From: Octopus vulgaris
Taxonomy: Eukaryota
DNA length: 64,000 nt
NCBI GenBank assembly: GCA_951406725.2
Contig: OX597830.1
Location: 1,116,001-1,180,000, forward strand
Reading direction: 5' to 3'
Below, one piece after another: positions 1 through 11,525 of this stretch; positions within the stretch are counted from its first letter, which is position 1; each line of letters starts with the position of its first letter. The translations under genes and the position numbers were made by a program. The notes under the pieces are model-generated. The model did no database searches. It was not told the DNA's origin and worked only from the letters and a program-made list of their open reading frames with translations.

Positions 1-824
1 ATCCTGCATTATCAGTTGAAGAATTGGCAATAAAGCTTAGTTCAAACCATACAACTGTTCATCGTCATCTTCAACAACTTGGAAAATGGGTGCCTCATGA
101 ATTGTCCGTAAACAACCGAGTTGCCATCTGGTGTGTACTCCATTCTCGCTAACTCATTTCACCCTTTTTGGGATAGCCTTGTCACTGGTGATGAGAAACG
201 GATCTTCTATCGATATGTTAAACGTCGTAAAGAGTGGCTTGGTAAAAGAGAAAAAGCTCAACCACAACCGAGAGGGAAACTTCACGGGAAAAAGGTTCAT
301 CTCTCTATCTGGTGGGATTGCAAAGGAGTATTTCACGTTGAATTGTTACCACCTAATGCAACAATCAATGCTCAAGTCTACTGTCAGCAATTAGAGCGTT
401 TGCACCAAGCTCTGAAGAGAAAAAGACCCGCTTTATTGAATCGAAAAGGAGTGATGTTCCATCAGGACAATGCGCGACCCCACACTGCAAAGATCACATA
501 ACAGAAGATCGAAGTGCTTGCTTGGGAAAAATTTCCTCATCCACCTTATTCTGCCGACCTTTTTCGTTCTGTCTCATAGTTTACAGAAACACTAGGGGGA
601 GATAATTTTCGCAAGCCAGGAGGGGGTCGAAACTGACATTTCAGAACTCTTCGATCTGAAACCAAAAGAGTTTTACATTGATGAGATTAAAAAGCTTGTG
701 AATAGATGGAAGTCCTAGATAATCAGGGAAAATACATTGATGATTAAATTTCAATTAAATATAACATTTGATCACTTGTTTTCTTTATTCAAAATTCGGA
801 CAGATTTTATGGGATGATCTGATA
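1..824 (+). mobile_element. Mariner (DD34D-type) DNA transposon remnant, 3' part with right TIR; transposase pseudogene
   Basis: Hallmark motifs GKWVPHEL (~80-103), VTGDEKRIFY, FHQDNARPHT and HPPYSADL (538-561). C-terminus DNQGKYIDD*. Stops, frameshifts and a deletion are present. TIR-like end ...ttatgggatgatctgaTA at ~824. Confidence 0.92.
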
Positions 825-2899
825 CATATGTGTGTGTGTATTAGTCATTGGCGACGGAAGCAGTATTAGTAGCGATCAGCAATCTCTGTATCCTACTAAG
901 CATGGATGTAATACAAAAGGTCTTAATCATGTGATATTCGTCTGGACAAAGCAGCTAGTAGAGACGCATCGTGCTAAAAAGCTGTTTCTATGTGTGTCTA
1001 TGTGGGGTGGGGTAATTATTTATTACCGACAGAAGTAGGAGTATCGTATGCTTTTGATCAATATATCGAATTCGGAGATGTTATTCTGTCATGTTTATAT
1101 TATGTGAAAGTGTTTATATACAAAATTTAGTAAATAATCTTCAAATCTCCAAGTGACATCGAGTCGTCATCCGAGCTTAACTCAGGCTGTTTAATGTCGA
1201 GTGCAAATCTCGTTCAGGAAAATGCTCTCGTATATCACACGATATTGTGATTCACATTATAGATTTCAAAGTAACCTACAGAATATTAATTGAAATATTT
1301 ATCGATATTTTGAAATACTTCAGAGAAGACTTTTATGTAAAACAAAAAAGAAAATCGATAAACATGAGTTAAGGTATTTAGTTATTGCATCTGTAAATCC
1401 GGTAACAGATGGTTGTTTAGTGGGCAAAATACAGTAGCCTTTAGGCTTTGAAAGTGAAGATAATATGAGAGGAAATCTGAGAAACTGGGAGAGAGTTTCA
1501 AAATCTACTAAACTAGAATCACTTCACGATGATTCGCTTTCGAGTCTGTGCCTCGAAAAGCAGCATCTCCTCTCTTATTCCTTCCTTGCTCATAATGTTC
1601 ATTTATGTCGCCGCCGAATTGGTTGACTGCCACGTAGAATATCTACGGAGGATCTCCTAATAATGGAATAGCCTCCAATACCCTTAGAAGCATTGTGCAT
1701 ATACTTTGGGACTAAAACAGTTAGGAATTAAATGCAGAATATTTTCAGTTGTAATAGATGAATGTGTCGCACATTAATTGCTTGGAATATAAGGAAATAT
1801 GACCTCTGGGCGAGAGAAATTGGATACTAAGCGAATGAGCATTTAATAATTGGATATTGTAATGCACGTTAAGAGAATTTGGCAACCAGATCTTAGTTCC
1901 ACTTTCTTAATGCAAGCTTCAAGTAATATAAATAATTCCTAAAGAGGCTACTATCCAACAGCAGAAAATTTCTCCATGAAACTTTTTGTCTATACTCAAA
2001 CATTCAACTGAAAAATAACAGATTAAGATATTTTGCTCATATATATAAAAATATATCATCTACATTTGATTTGAACTCACGATATGCGACTGATTTGCCT
2101 AGGTTTTATACACGGGACTATCTCGTCTTTAACTAGTGATACCTGCAGAGTATATGAAACGTGTGCTGTGAGATAACGTGTGAAGCTAATTAGTGGCTGA
2201 CTGGGAAAAGAAATTTGTCTTATGAAAGTGGGAAGAACCCAATTAGAGAAGAATTAAATCCAAAATGCGACTAGCAAAGGAAAGAAACAACTGCAGCAGT
2301 TAAATAGGATGAACTCCTGTAACTATGTAATGCTGAAGAAGCCTCTCTATGTGTCTATGGTGTGTTTGATGAAAGAAGGGATAGAAATGGCGAAAATACT
2401 GACGGTATTTAAATTCGTGTAGCATTACTTGAAAATCAGCTTTCTCATTAGAAGAACGCTAAGGAAAAGGAGTAATATTCCAACAGCAGATCTGCATGAA
2501 AATAAGAAAATAGTTATTTCTGTTCTCACATTCTTATCATGTAACTGTCGTGTAAGAACCTGATCGAAGTAGGTTAGCAATATACCTTATGATGCTCATG
2601 GCAGAGACGAAACCATTGATTTATCATCTACAGTTCGCTGCATGGATACATGATTGCTATTATGGAGGGAATCAAGTGGACAGTAACATATTACTCTTAA
2701 CATTCAACAAAACGTAAATATTTCCCATCAAATCTCCACTTTATTTGCATTGAAACAGAGGCACATATTTATACTTGCCCGTGTTGCTTTCGCTCAAGTA
2801 GGTCTCAGAACTATACACACACACACACATATATATATATATACATATGAACATCAGCACACGCAGACACATTTATGCATTCATAGATGCATACTCGCA

Positions 2900-2954
<55 letters not shown>

Positions 2955-3142
2955 TATATAAAAGGGCTTAGTAAAATAAATTACTTTGCCGCATACTGAA
3001 CTCATTAGAAATAGCAGCTAAAAAAACTTTTTTAAAACTATTTCCAATACTTAAAGAAAATCTCTCTCATATAGTGCTTGTTCAATTCAACTCACGAAAG
3101 TATGAGGGTAGAAACATTAAAAAATCAAATGCAAAGGTTATT

Positions 3143-3195
3143 TGAGAACGTACGTTTCAAGATTAGTCAAACTCGACACTTCTATCATCAGCTCA
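3143..3195 (-). ncRNA. Type I hammerhead ribozyme motif (element A, copy 1)
   Basis: Minus strand reads UGAG-CUGAUGA-[UAGA..GUCGAGUUUGAC..UCUU]-GAAAC-GUAC-GUU/CUCA. Core is canonical, helix I is UGAG/CUCA and helix III is the palindrome ACGUACGU. Confidence 0.8.
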
Positions 3196-3676
3196 GAACT
3201 CCCTGGTTTGGATTTGAAAACACTGAAAGCAGGAGCATACCTATTCGGCTTCCCATCGCCTCCGAAGATCTACTCGCAACTAACAGTGCCAGCAAATTCA
3301 AATATGCAAGCGAAGAATTTCTGCTCTCCCCCTTCCAACAGCGTGGGTTAAAATCAACAAACAACATGCTTTTTTTCGGTAAAATCCGAGGCATTAAATA
3401 GAGAAAGATGAATTATAATTTCAACAATTGAGGGTAAAATTAATTAATTAATCAATTTCACCAAGTATTCAGTATGCAAAGGGACCATTTAAGGCGAATT
3501 CAAATTATTACATTATATAAAAGGGCTTAGTAAAATAAATTACTTTGCCGCATACTGAACTCATTAGAAATAGCAAATAAAAAAACTTTTTTAAAACTAT
3601 TTCCAATACTTAAAGAAAATCTCTCTCATATAGTGCTTGTTCAATTCAGTGTTTTCAAATCCAAACCAGGGAGTTC

Positions 3677-3729
3677 TGAGCTGATGATAGAAGTGTCGAG
3701 TTTGACTAATCTTGAAACGTACGTTCTCA
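3677..3729 (+). ncRNA. Type I hammerhead ribozyme motif (element A, copy 2)
   Basis: tgag CTGATGA tagaagtgtcgagtttgactaatctt GAAAC gtac GTT ctca; the same sequence as copy 1 on the opposite strand. Confidence 0.8.
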
Positions 3730-4009
3730 AATAACCTTTGCATTTGATTTTTTAATGTTTCTACCCTCATACTTTCGTGAGTTGAATTGAACAAGCACTA
3801 TATGAGAGAGATTTTCTTTAAGTATTGGAAATAGTTTTAAAAAAGTTTTTTTAGCTGCTATTTCTAATGAGTTCAGTATGCGGCAAAGTAATTTATTTTA
3901 CTAAGCCCTTTTATATAATGTAATAATTTGAATTCGCCTTAAATGGTCCCTTTGCATACTGAATACTTGGTGAAATTGATTAATTAATTAATTTTACCCT
4001 CAATTGTTG

Positions 4010-4051
<42 letters not shown>

Positions 4052-4069
4052 TATATATAAATATATATA

Positions 4070-4340
4070 TCAGAAATATTCAATTCTCTATTTCTAAAGA
4101 TATGTACGGAGGTGGGGCGATATAATGGTTGTATACTGTCAACTTAACGTGACAGTAGGGGATTATATCACCGCTGTTTAGCCCTAGGAAGCGTCGACGC
4201 ATCCTGTTGGCTTCGACACACTTACTGCCTCCTTATATATTTACGAAGGGGAGACAAATACCCCCAACAGCTAGGCCAGCATCTAGAGACACGCATGTTT
4301 CAGGGTCCTTGCCCTTCATCGGTCTAGAGTAGCATTAGTG
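4070..4340 (-). mobile_element. Non-coding hammerhead-bearing element B (~270 bp) in (TA)n
   Basis: Unique-sequence island between TA tracts, with an HHR near its 5' end on the minus strand. Confidence 0.7.
4282..4328 (-). ncRNA. Type I hammerhead ribozyme motif (element B), U4C core variant
   Basis: Minus strand reads UCUAGA-CCGAUGA-AGGG caagga CCCU-GAAAC AUGCGU GUC/UCUAGA. It has a 6-bp helix I, a 4-bp helix II, a self-complementary helix III (ACAUGCGUGU) and a GUC cleavage triplet. Confidence 0.85.
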
Positions 4341-4490
4341 TATATATATATCTATATATGTATATATATATCTCTCTATATATGTATATATGAATATATC
4401 TATCTATATATATGTATATATATCTTTCTCTATACATTTATATATGAATATATCTATCTATATATATGTATATATGAATATATCTATCTA

Positions 4491-4540
<50 letters not shown>

Positions 4541-4541
<1 letters not shown>

Positions 4542-4753
4542 CGCCATGTTGATTCGTTAGTTACTGCACGCATTTTTTTTCTCTCCTTCTTTCTGTGTTT
4601 TTTTTCTCTCTGTGTATCTTTCTGTTGAAGAGCGTAGGCTCGAAACGTTAAAGACTTGTTTTATTTATATTTCCTGAGCGCCATACTATTACAATTGTTT
4701 GTTTGTTTTCCACCTGCCTTCGTCTTTTGTCTATTTTCATAAAGCTTCCCGTT
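4541..4753 (+). mobile_element. Non-coding element C (~210 bp) with minimal hammerhead-like motif, in (TA)n; related to 61205-61412
   Basis: Motif at 4617-4654: UCUUU-CUGUUGA-A-GAGC guag GCUC-GAA-ACGU-U/AAAGA. The downstream ttcctgagcg motif is shared with the 61.3-kb insert. Confidence 0.6.
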
Positions 4754-4812
4754 ATATATATATCTCTCTCTATATATGTATATGTCTATATCTATATATG
4801 TATATGTATATA

Positions 4813-4853
<41 letters not shown>

Positions 4854-5339
4854 ATATATATATGTATATCTATATCTATATATGTATATGTATATATCTA
4901 TATATGTATATGTATATATGTATATGTATATATCTATATCTATATATGTATATGTATATATCTATATATGTATATATCTATATATGTATATATCTATATA
5001 TGTATATGTATATATCTATATATGTATATATCTATATCTATATATATAAATATATCTATATCTATATATGTATATATCTATATCTATATATATATATATA
5101 TCTATATCTATATATGTATATATCTATATCTATATATGTATATATCTATATCTATATATGTATATGTATATATCTATATATATATCTATATATATATATA
5201 TCTATATCTATATATGTATATATCTATATCTATATATGTATATATCTATATCTCTATATATATCTATCTATATCTATATATGTATATATCTATATCTATA
5301 TATGTATATATCTATATCTATATATGTATTATATCTATA

Positions 5340-5388
<49 letters not shown>

Positions 5389-5548
5389 ATATCTATATAT
5401 CTATATCTATATATGTATATATCTATATCTATATATGTATATGTATATATCTATATATATCTATATATATCTATATATATATATATATATCTATATATAT
5501 ATATCTATATATATATCTATATATATATCTCTATATATATATATCTAT
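4754..5548. repeat. (TA)n/(TATC)n/(TATG)n compound microsatellite
   Basis: Direct inspection. Similar tracts at 6648-7165, 10391-11525, 12391-12686, 14696-14960, 18203-19439, 20930-21300, 21900-22135 and 60400-61460. Confidence 0.98.
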
Positions 5549-6647
5549 AAGGAGTCAAATCCAGCCCAGCCAAAGTCAGCAGTGTTGTCCCACAAGGCAC
5601 TGTGTTGGGCCTACTTCTCTTCATCATCTACATAAATGATATTACTGATACCATCAAACACAGTAACATCAGAACCTTCGCTGATGATTCCAAGCTCCAG
5701 AAGGTCATCAATGGCGTGGATGACCGAATAAACCTTCAGTCAGACCTACTGGCTGTTGTCCAATGGGCGGAAAAGAATAACATGTTGCTAAATGAAGACA
5801 AATTCGAACTGATCCACTTTGGAAGGGAGGACGCTCTGAAACACCCATACTCTCTTCCTTCTGGAGAAATTCTCATGGCATACAACAACATCAGAGACCT
5901 GGGAGTAACAGTGGACAACAACATAAGCTGGGCTACACATATAAGCAGCAAAGTTGACATGGCCCGCAGAATGTGTTCCTGGATTCTCAGAACCTTCCAG
6001 TCGAGAGATTCCCACGCTATTATCCTTCTCTTCTCCACTTTTGCCCGACCCCACCTTGAATACTGCTGTCCACTGTGGTCTCCCTACACAAAACAAAATA
6101 TTATGAGAATTGAAGCTCCCCAAAGGTCAATCACAAAAAAGATAGATGGCATGTCAGACCTTGACTACTGGGGTAGACTAGAGAAGCTGAAATTGTATTC
6201 ACTCCAACGAAGCCGTGAACGCTACATTATCTGTATGATGTATATTCCATCAGCACTGTCCGAATGATGTTGGCATCACCTTCAAAATGCATCCAAGGCT
6301 TGGACCACGTGCCATCCGTCCACAACAAAAATCTAAATCGCATCACATAACGACAATACGGCACAAGTACTTCACCTCAATTGGACCCGCTCTCTTCAAC
6401 ATTACACCAGGACACGTCAAAAAAGAAACTGACCACACAAAATTCAAGAAGTCTTTGGACAAATTCCTTCAAACAGTATCGGACAAACCACCCACACCCG
6501 GATATGTCTCCGCAAACAATAACTCTCTGCTCGAACGGGCCTTGGTGCCCAAATCCTGAACTGAAAGACTTCGCCAGGTGGTGCTATTAAGTTAGACATG
6601 GCCTGGGCCAATACTGGCCAAAAACCTTTCTAAGTTATTCTAAGTTA
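5549..6647 (+). mobile_element. 5'-truncated CR1/L2-group LINE (RT C-terminal half + 3' UTR) in (TA)n
   Basis: [36 protein letters not shown] and LKLYSLQR..ERY motifs. 3' tail ggtggtgctattaagttagacatggcc.. ends in (ttctaagtta)x2. Confidence 0.93.
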
Positions 6648-6651
6648 TATA

Positions 6652-6714
<63 letters not shown>

Positions 6715-6808
6715 ATCTATATATATATCTATATATCTATATATCTATATATATCTATATATCTATATATATATATCTATATAAATATATATCTATATAT
6801 ATATATTA

Positions 6809-6879
<71 letters not shown>

Positions 6880-6888
6880 CTATATATA

Positions 6889-7055
<167 letters not shown>

Positions 7056-7064
7056 ATCTATCTA

Positions 7065-7103
<39 letters not shown>

Positions 7104-7118
7104 ATATATCTATCTATA

Positions 7119-7165
<47 letters not shown>

Positions 7166-8370
7166 ACGACGGTGAACAGGTGTGGTCGCCGTTTGTGAGG
7201 CACGCTTTCCCGCAGCTCGTCTCCATGACCGAACTGCAGTCGTGGATCAAAAAGAGGCCGAGGAAGGGCGAATGGCACCGCGAGTGTCGCGTTGCTCTCA
7301 AGCAACTCTGCCGTCCTGGGTCGACCTTAAGTGACTTCAACACAACCAAAGCATTCTATAGGGGTTTAGTGGAGGGGAGGTACGACGACGAGCTCGGGGC
7401 GAACCTGGACGTCGACGAGGAGTACCTGACCCGCCTGTTCAGGACGACTTTCGGGCCAGGGCCCATGGACAACTTCCAGAGATCCCTGGCATGGCAGTGC
7501 TACCGAGAAGCGCTACCCGTTCGGGATAAGCTCTACAGACACGGCTCGAGAAACACGGGGCCGACCTGCCCGAGATGCGGTCAGAGCGACGAAACCGTTC
7601 TGCACGCACTCGTTCAGTGTCCAACAATTTCCGACCTGTGGGCTTATGTCGAACAACTGCTGTCACGTGTGGGACGAGTCGGTTTATCAGCTGAGTCTAT
7701 CGTCAATATTGTCACGCCTCCTTCCTTCAAACGGGAAGGAAGAGCTATTTTCATCATCCTTGTGGCTATGGCGAAAGAATGTATCTGGTGGACGCGTCTG
7801 AAAGGATTGGAGACAAACACTTTCCTCTCTGGTCAATCTCTCATCAACTTCTTCAAGTACCACTTGAAAAGGAAAGTGAGAGTAGAGAGGCAAGTTTTGT
7901 CTAGCGAATGTTTTAAAAAAAGATGGGTGAATGTAGCAAGAATGGCACGTATGAATGACGAAGCCACCTTGAGCATAGTCCTATGAACCCAGAAATCGAA
8001 AACAGAGAGTTGCTTATTTGCAAAAAAAAAAAAAGAAATATAAAATGTGACTTCATTGACCGAGGTTACCGTGGTCTTTTCCGTAGGCTTTTCTTTCCAC
8101 GGGTAAACCTCACCTGTCCTCCCCTTTACACTTCATATTGACATTTCTGTGATAACGATCCCTATTGATCAATTTTTTTTTTTTTTTTTTTTTTCCTCTC
8201 CCCCTTTTTTTTAACACCCCTTTTTTTGTCCTCTTTCTCTCCTTTTACGATCCCTTTTGATCGAAACTCCCCCTTCCTTTTTTTTTTTTTTTTTTAAACC
8301 TTCAAAAGAAAAGCTCTACCTTGTAATTTGTTCTATCTGTGTGCAGCCCTGTGTGGCTAATAAAGAAACA
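7166..8370 (+). mobile_element. 5'-truncated Tx1/L1-clade LINE 3' end (zf-RVT/CCHC region + 3' UTR)
   Basis: ORF 7180-7986 has [16 protein letters not shown] and [18 protein letters not shown], the C-terminal Cys/His motif of L1/Tx1 ORF2. T-rich 3' UTR ends in aataaagaaaca. Flanked by (TATC)n/(TA)n. Confidence 0.88.
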
Positions 8371-8401
8371 TATCTATCTATATATATATATATATATATA
8401 T

Positions 8402-10390
8402 ACTTTGATACTTTGATACTTTGATAGGTTTCGGCCATTATTGGCCCAGGCCATGTCTAACTTAATAGCACCACCTGGTGAAGGATTTCAAGTCAGAATT
8501 TGGGCACTATGGCCCACTCAAGTAGAGAGTTATTGTTTACAGAAACATATCCGGGTGTAGGGGGTTTATCCGGGATTTCTTGAAGGAATCTGTCCAAAGA
8601 CTTCTTGAACCCTATAGGGTCAGTTTCTGTTTTAATGTGTTTTGGTGTAATGTTAAAGAGAGCGGGGCCAATTGAGGTGAAATAATTGTGCCGTATTGTT
8701 GTTGTGAGATGAGAGTGCGATTTTTGTTTTTGGCAGATGGCACGGGGCCCAAGCCTTGGGTGTACCTTAAAGGTGATGCCAACATCATTTGGGCAATGCT
8801 GATGGAATATTTTCCACATCATGCAGATGATGTAGCGCTCACGATGACGTTGGAGAGAATAAAGTTTTAGCTTTTCTAGTCGACCCCAGTAGTCGAGGCC
8901 TGTCATGCCATCTATCTTTTTTGTGATTGCCCTTTGAGGTGCTTCAACTTTTATGATATCATGTGGGGAGACCACAGTGGACAACAGTATTCAAGGTGGG
9001 GTCTGGCAAAAGTGGAGAAGAGAAGGATAATGGTGTGGATATCTCTCGACTGGAAAGTTCTGAGAATCCAGGAACACATTCTGCGGGCCATGTCAACTTT
9101 GGTGTTTATATGAGTGGCCCAGCTTATGTTGTCCACAATTACTCCCAAGTCTCTGATGTTGTTGGACGCCGCGAGAGTTTCACCTGAAGGAAGGGAGTAT
9201 GGGAGTTTCAGGGCATCCTCTTTTCCAAAGTGGATTAACTCAAATTTATCCTCGTTCAGCAGCATATTGTTTTTTTCTGCCCATTGGATAACAGCCAGTA
9301 GATCTGACTGAAGGCATGTCCGGTCACTCGCCTCATTTATGACCTTCTGTAGCTTGGAATCATCTGCAAAGATTTTATGTTGCTGTGCTTGATGATGTCA
9401 TTAATGTCATTAATGTAAATGATGAAAAGAAGTGGGCCCAGCACAGTGCCTTGCGGAACGCCACTACTGACTTTGGCTGGGCTTGATTTTACCCCTTCAA
9501 CTACAACATGTTGAGATCTGTCTGTCAGGAAACACCTGATCCATTTCAGTAACTTTCCAGAGACACCAATGTTGGATAGTTTTTTCAATAGGATCTTGTG
9601 ATCGACCCTGTCGAAGGCCTTACTGAAATCAAGGTAGATGACATCGGTGTTGGAGCCCTCTCCCAAAGCTCTCAAAATGTCCTCAAAGTGATGCAGGAGC
9701 TGCGTTAGGCAGTCCCTTCCATTACGGAACCCATGTTGGTTGGAGATCAGCCGTCTGTTGCTTTCCAGAAATTGGGTTATTCGAGATCTCACCACCCTCT
9801 CAAATACCTTGATGATATGAGAGGTGAGTGAGATCGGACGGTAGTTCACTACAAGGGACTTGTTTCCCTTTTTGAAAACTGGGACAACAGACTGGGACAG
9901 AAGGTTTTTTGGAATATAGCCAGCATCCAGTGAGTTTCTCCACAGATAAGCAAGGGGAGATGCAAGTTGGTGTCGACACACCTTCAGGACACAAGCAGGG
10001 AACCTATCGGTGCCTACTGTTGAATTGTGTTTTATTTCGTTTATCGCCGCTAAGACATCAGGGGCACTAAACGTTATGTCCGATATAGTGTGTTGGGGGT
10101 TGACATCACTGATACAGCCCAGATCGGCCATATCAGGATTGCTGAAAACAAAGCAGTATTGTTTCTGCAGAAAACAGAGCAGTATTGTTTCTGCAGAAAA
10201 CAGAGCAGTATTGTTTCTGCAAGCAGTGTTGTTTCTGCAAGCAGTATTGTTTCTGCAAGCAGTATTGTTTCTGCAGCAGTATTGTTTCTGCAAGCAGTGT
10301 TGTTTCTGCAAGCAGTATTGTTTCTGCAAGCAGTATTGTTTCTGCAAGCAGTGTTGTTTCTGCAAGCAGTATTGTTTCTGCAAGCAGTAT
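8402..10390 (-). mobile_element. 5'-truncated CR1/L2-group LINE (RT domain, frameshifted) in (TA)n
   Basis: [47 protein letters not shown], and C-terminal SLLEW. Tail (atcaaagt)x3. Same family as 5549-6647. Confidence 0.95.
10148..10390. repeat. 18-22 bp tandem minisatellite (agcagtattgtttctgca) at the LINE 5' junction
   Basis: About 12-13 units. The unit equals the LINE's own LQKQYC coding sequence. Confidence 0.9.
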
Positions 10391-10568
10391 TCTATATATA
10401 TATCTATCTATATATATATCTATATATCTATATGTATATATATATATCTATATATCTATATCTATATCTCTATATATATATATACATATATCAATATATA
10501 TCTATATATCTATATCTATCTATATCAATATATATCTATATATCTATATCTATCTATCTATCTATCTA

Positions 10569-10603
<35 letters not shown>

Positions 10604-10924
10604 ATATATATATATATATATATACCTATATCAATATATATCTATATATCTATATCTATATCTATATATATCAATATATCTATATCTATATCTATATATA
10701 TATATCTATATATCTATATATCTATATATATCTATATATCTATATCTGTATATATCTATATATCTATATATCTATATCTATATATATCTATATATCTATA
10801 TCTATATATATATATATATCTATATATCTATATCTCTATATATATATATATATATATCTATATATATATATATATATATATATCTATATCTCTCTCTATA
10901 TATATATATTTATATATCTATATA

Positions 10925-11029
<105 letters not shown>

Positions 11030-11072
11030 ATATATCTATATATATCTATATATCTATATATATATCTATATA

Positions 11073-11126
<54 letters not shown>

Positions 11127-11178
11127 TATCTATATATCTATATATATATCTATATATCTATATAAATATATCTATATA

Positions 11179-11223
<45 letters not shown>

Positions 11224-11328
11224 ATCTATATATCTATATATATATATCTATATATCTATATATATATATCTATATATCTATATATCTATATCTATATATC
11301 TATATATCTATATCTATATATCTATATA

Positions 11329-11489
<161 letters not shown>

Positions 11490-11525
11490 ATATCTATATA
11501 TATATATCTATATATATATATATAT

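Larger units (their letters stand above)
2953..4013. mobile_element. Non-coding hammerhead-bearing element A: 559-bp unit with 137-bp terminal redundancy plus an inverted partial copy, inserted in (TA)n (Penelope pLTR/retrozyme-like)
   Basis: 2953-3089 is repeated directly at 3512-3648. 3645-4013 is the reverse complement of [3418-3648]+[3090-3227]. (TA)n lies on both sides and two HHR copies are present. Confidence 0.85.

Noticed and set aside
3078-3401. 107-aa ORF (and mirror 3597-3794) in element A
   Set aside because: Non-ATG start, antisense to the ribozyme and no recognisable motif; the duplicate is explained by the inverted repeat.
5681-5690. CTGATGA hammerhead-core word
   Set aside because: It is the FADD codon run of the RT; there is no downstream helix II/GAAA/helix I.
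10148-10390. CRISPR-like appearance of regular short repeats (also 16785-17470 and 28905-29110)
   Set aside because: Units are contiguous with no unique spacers, no cas genes are present and the context is eukaryotic.
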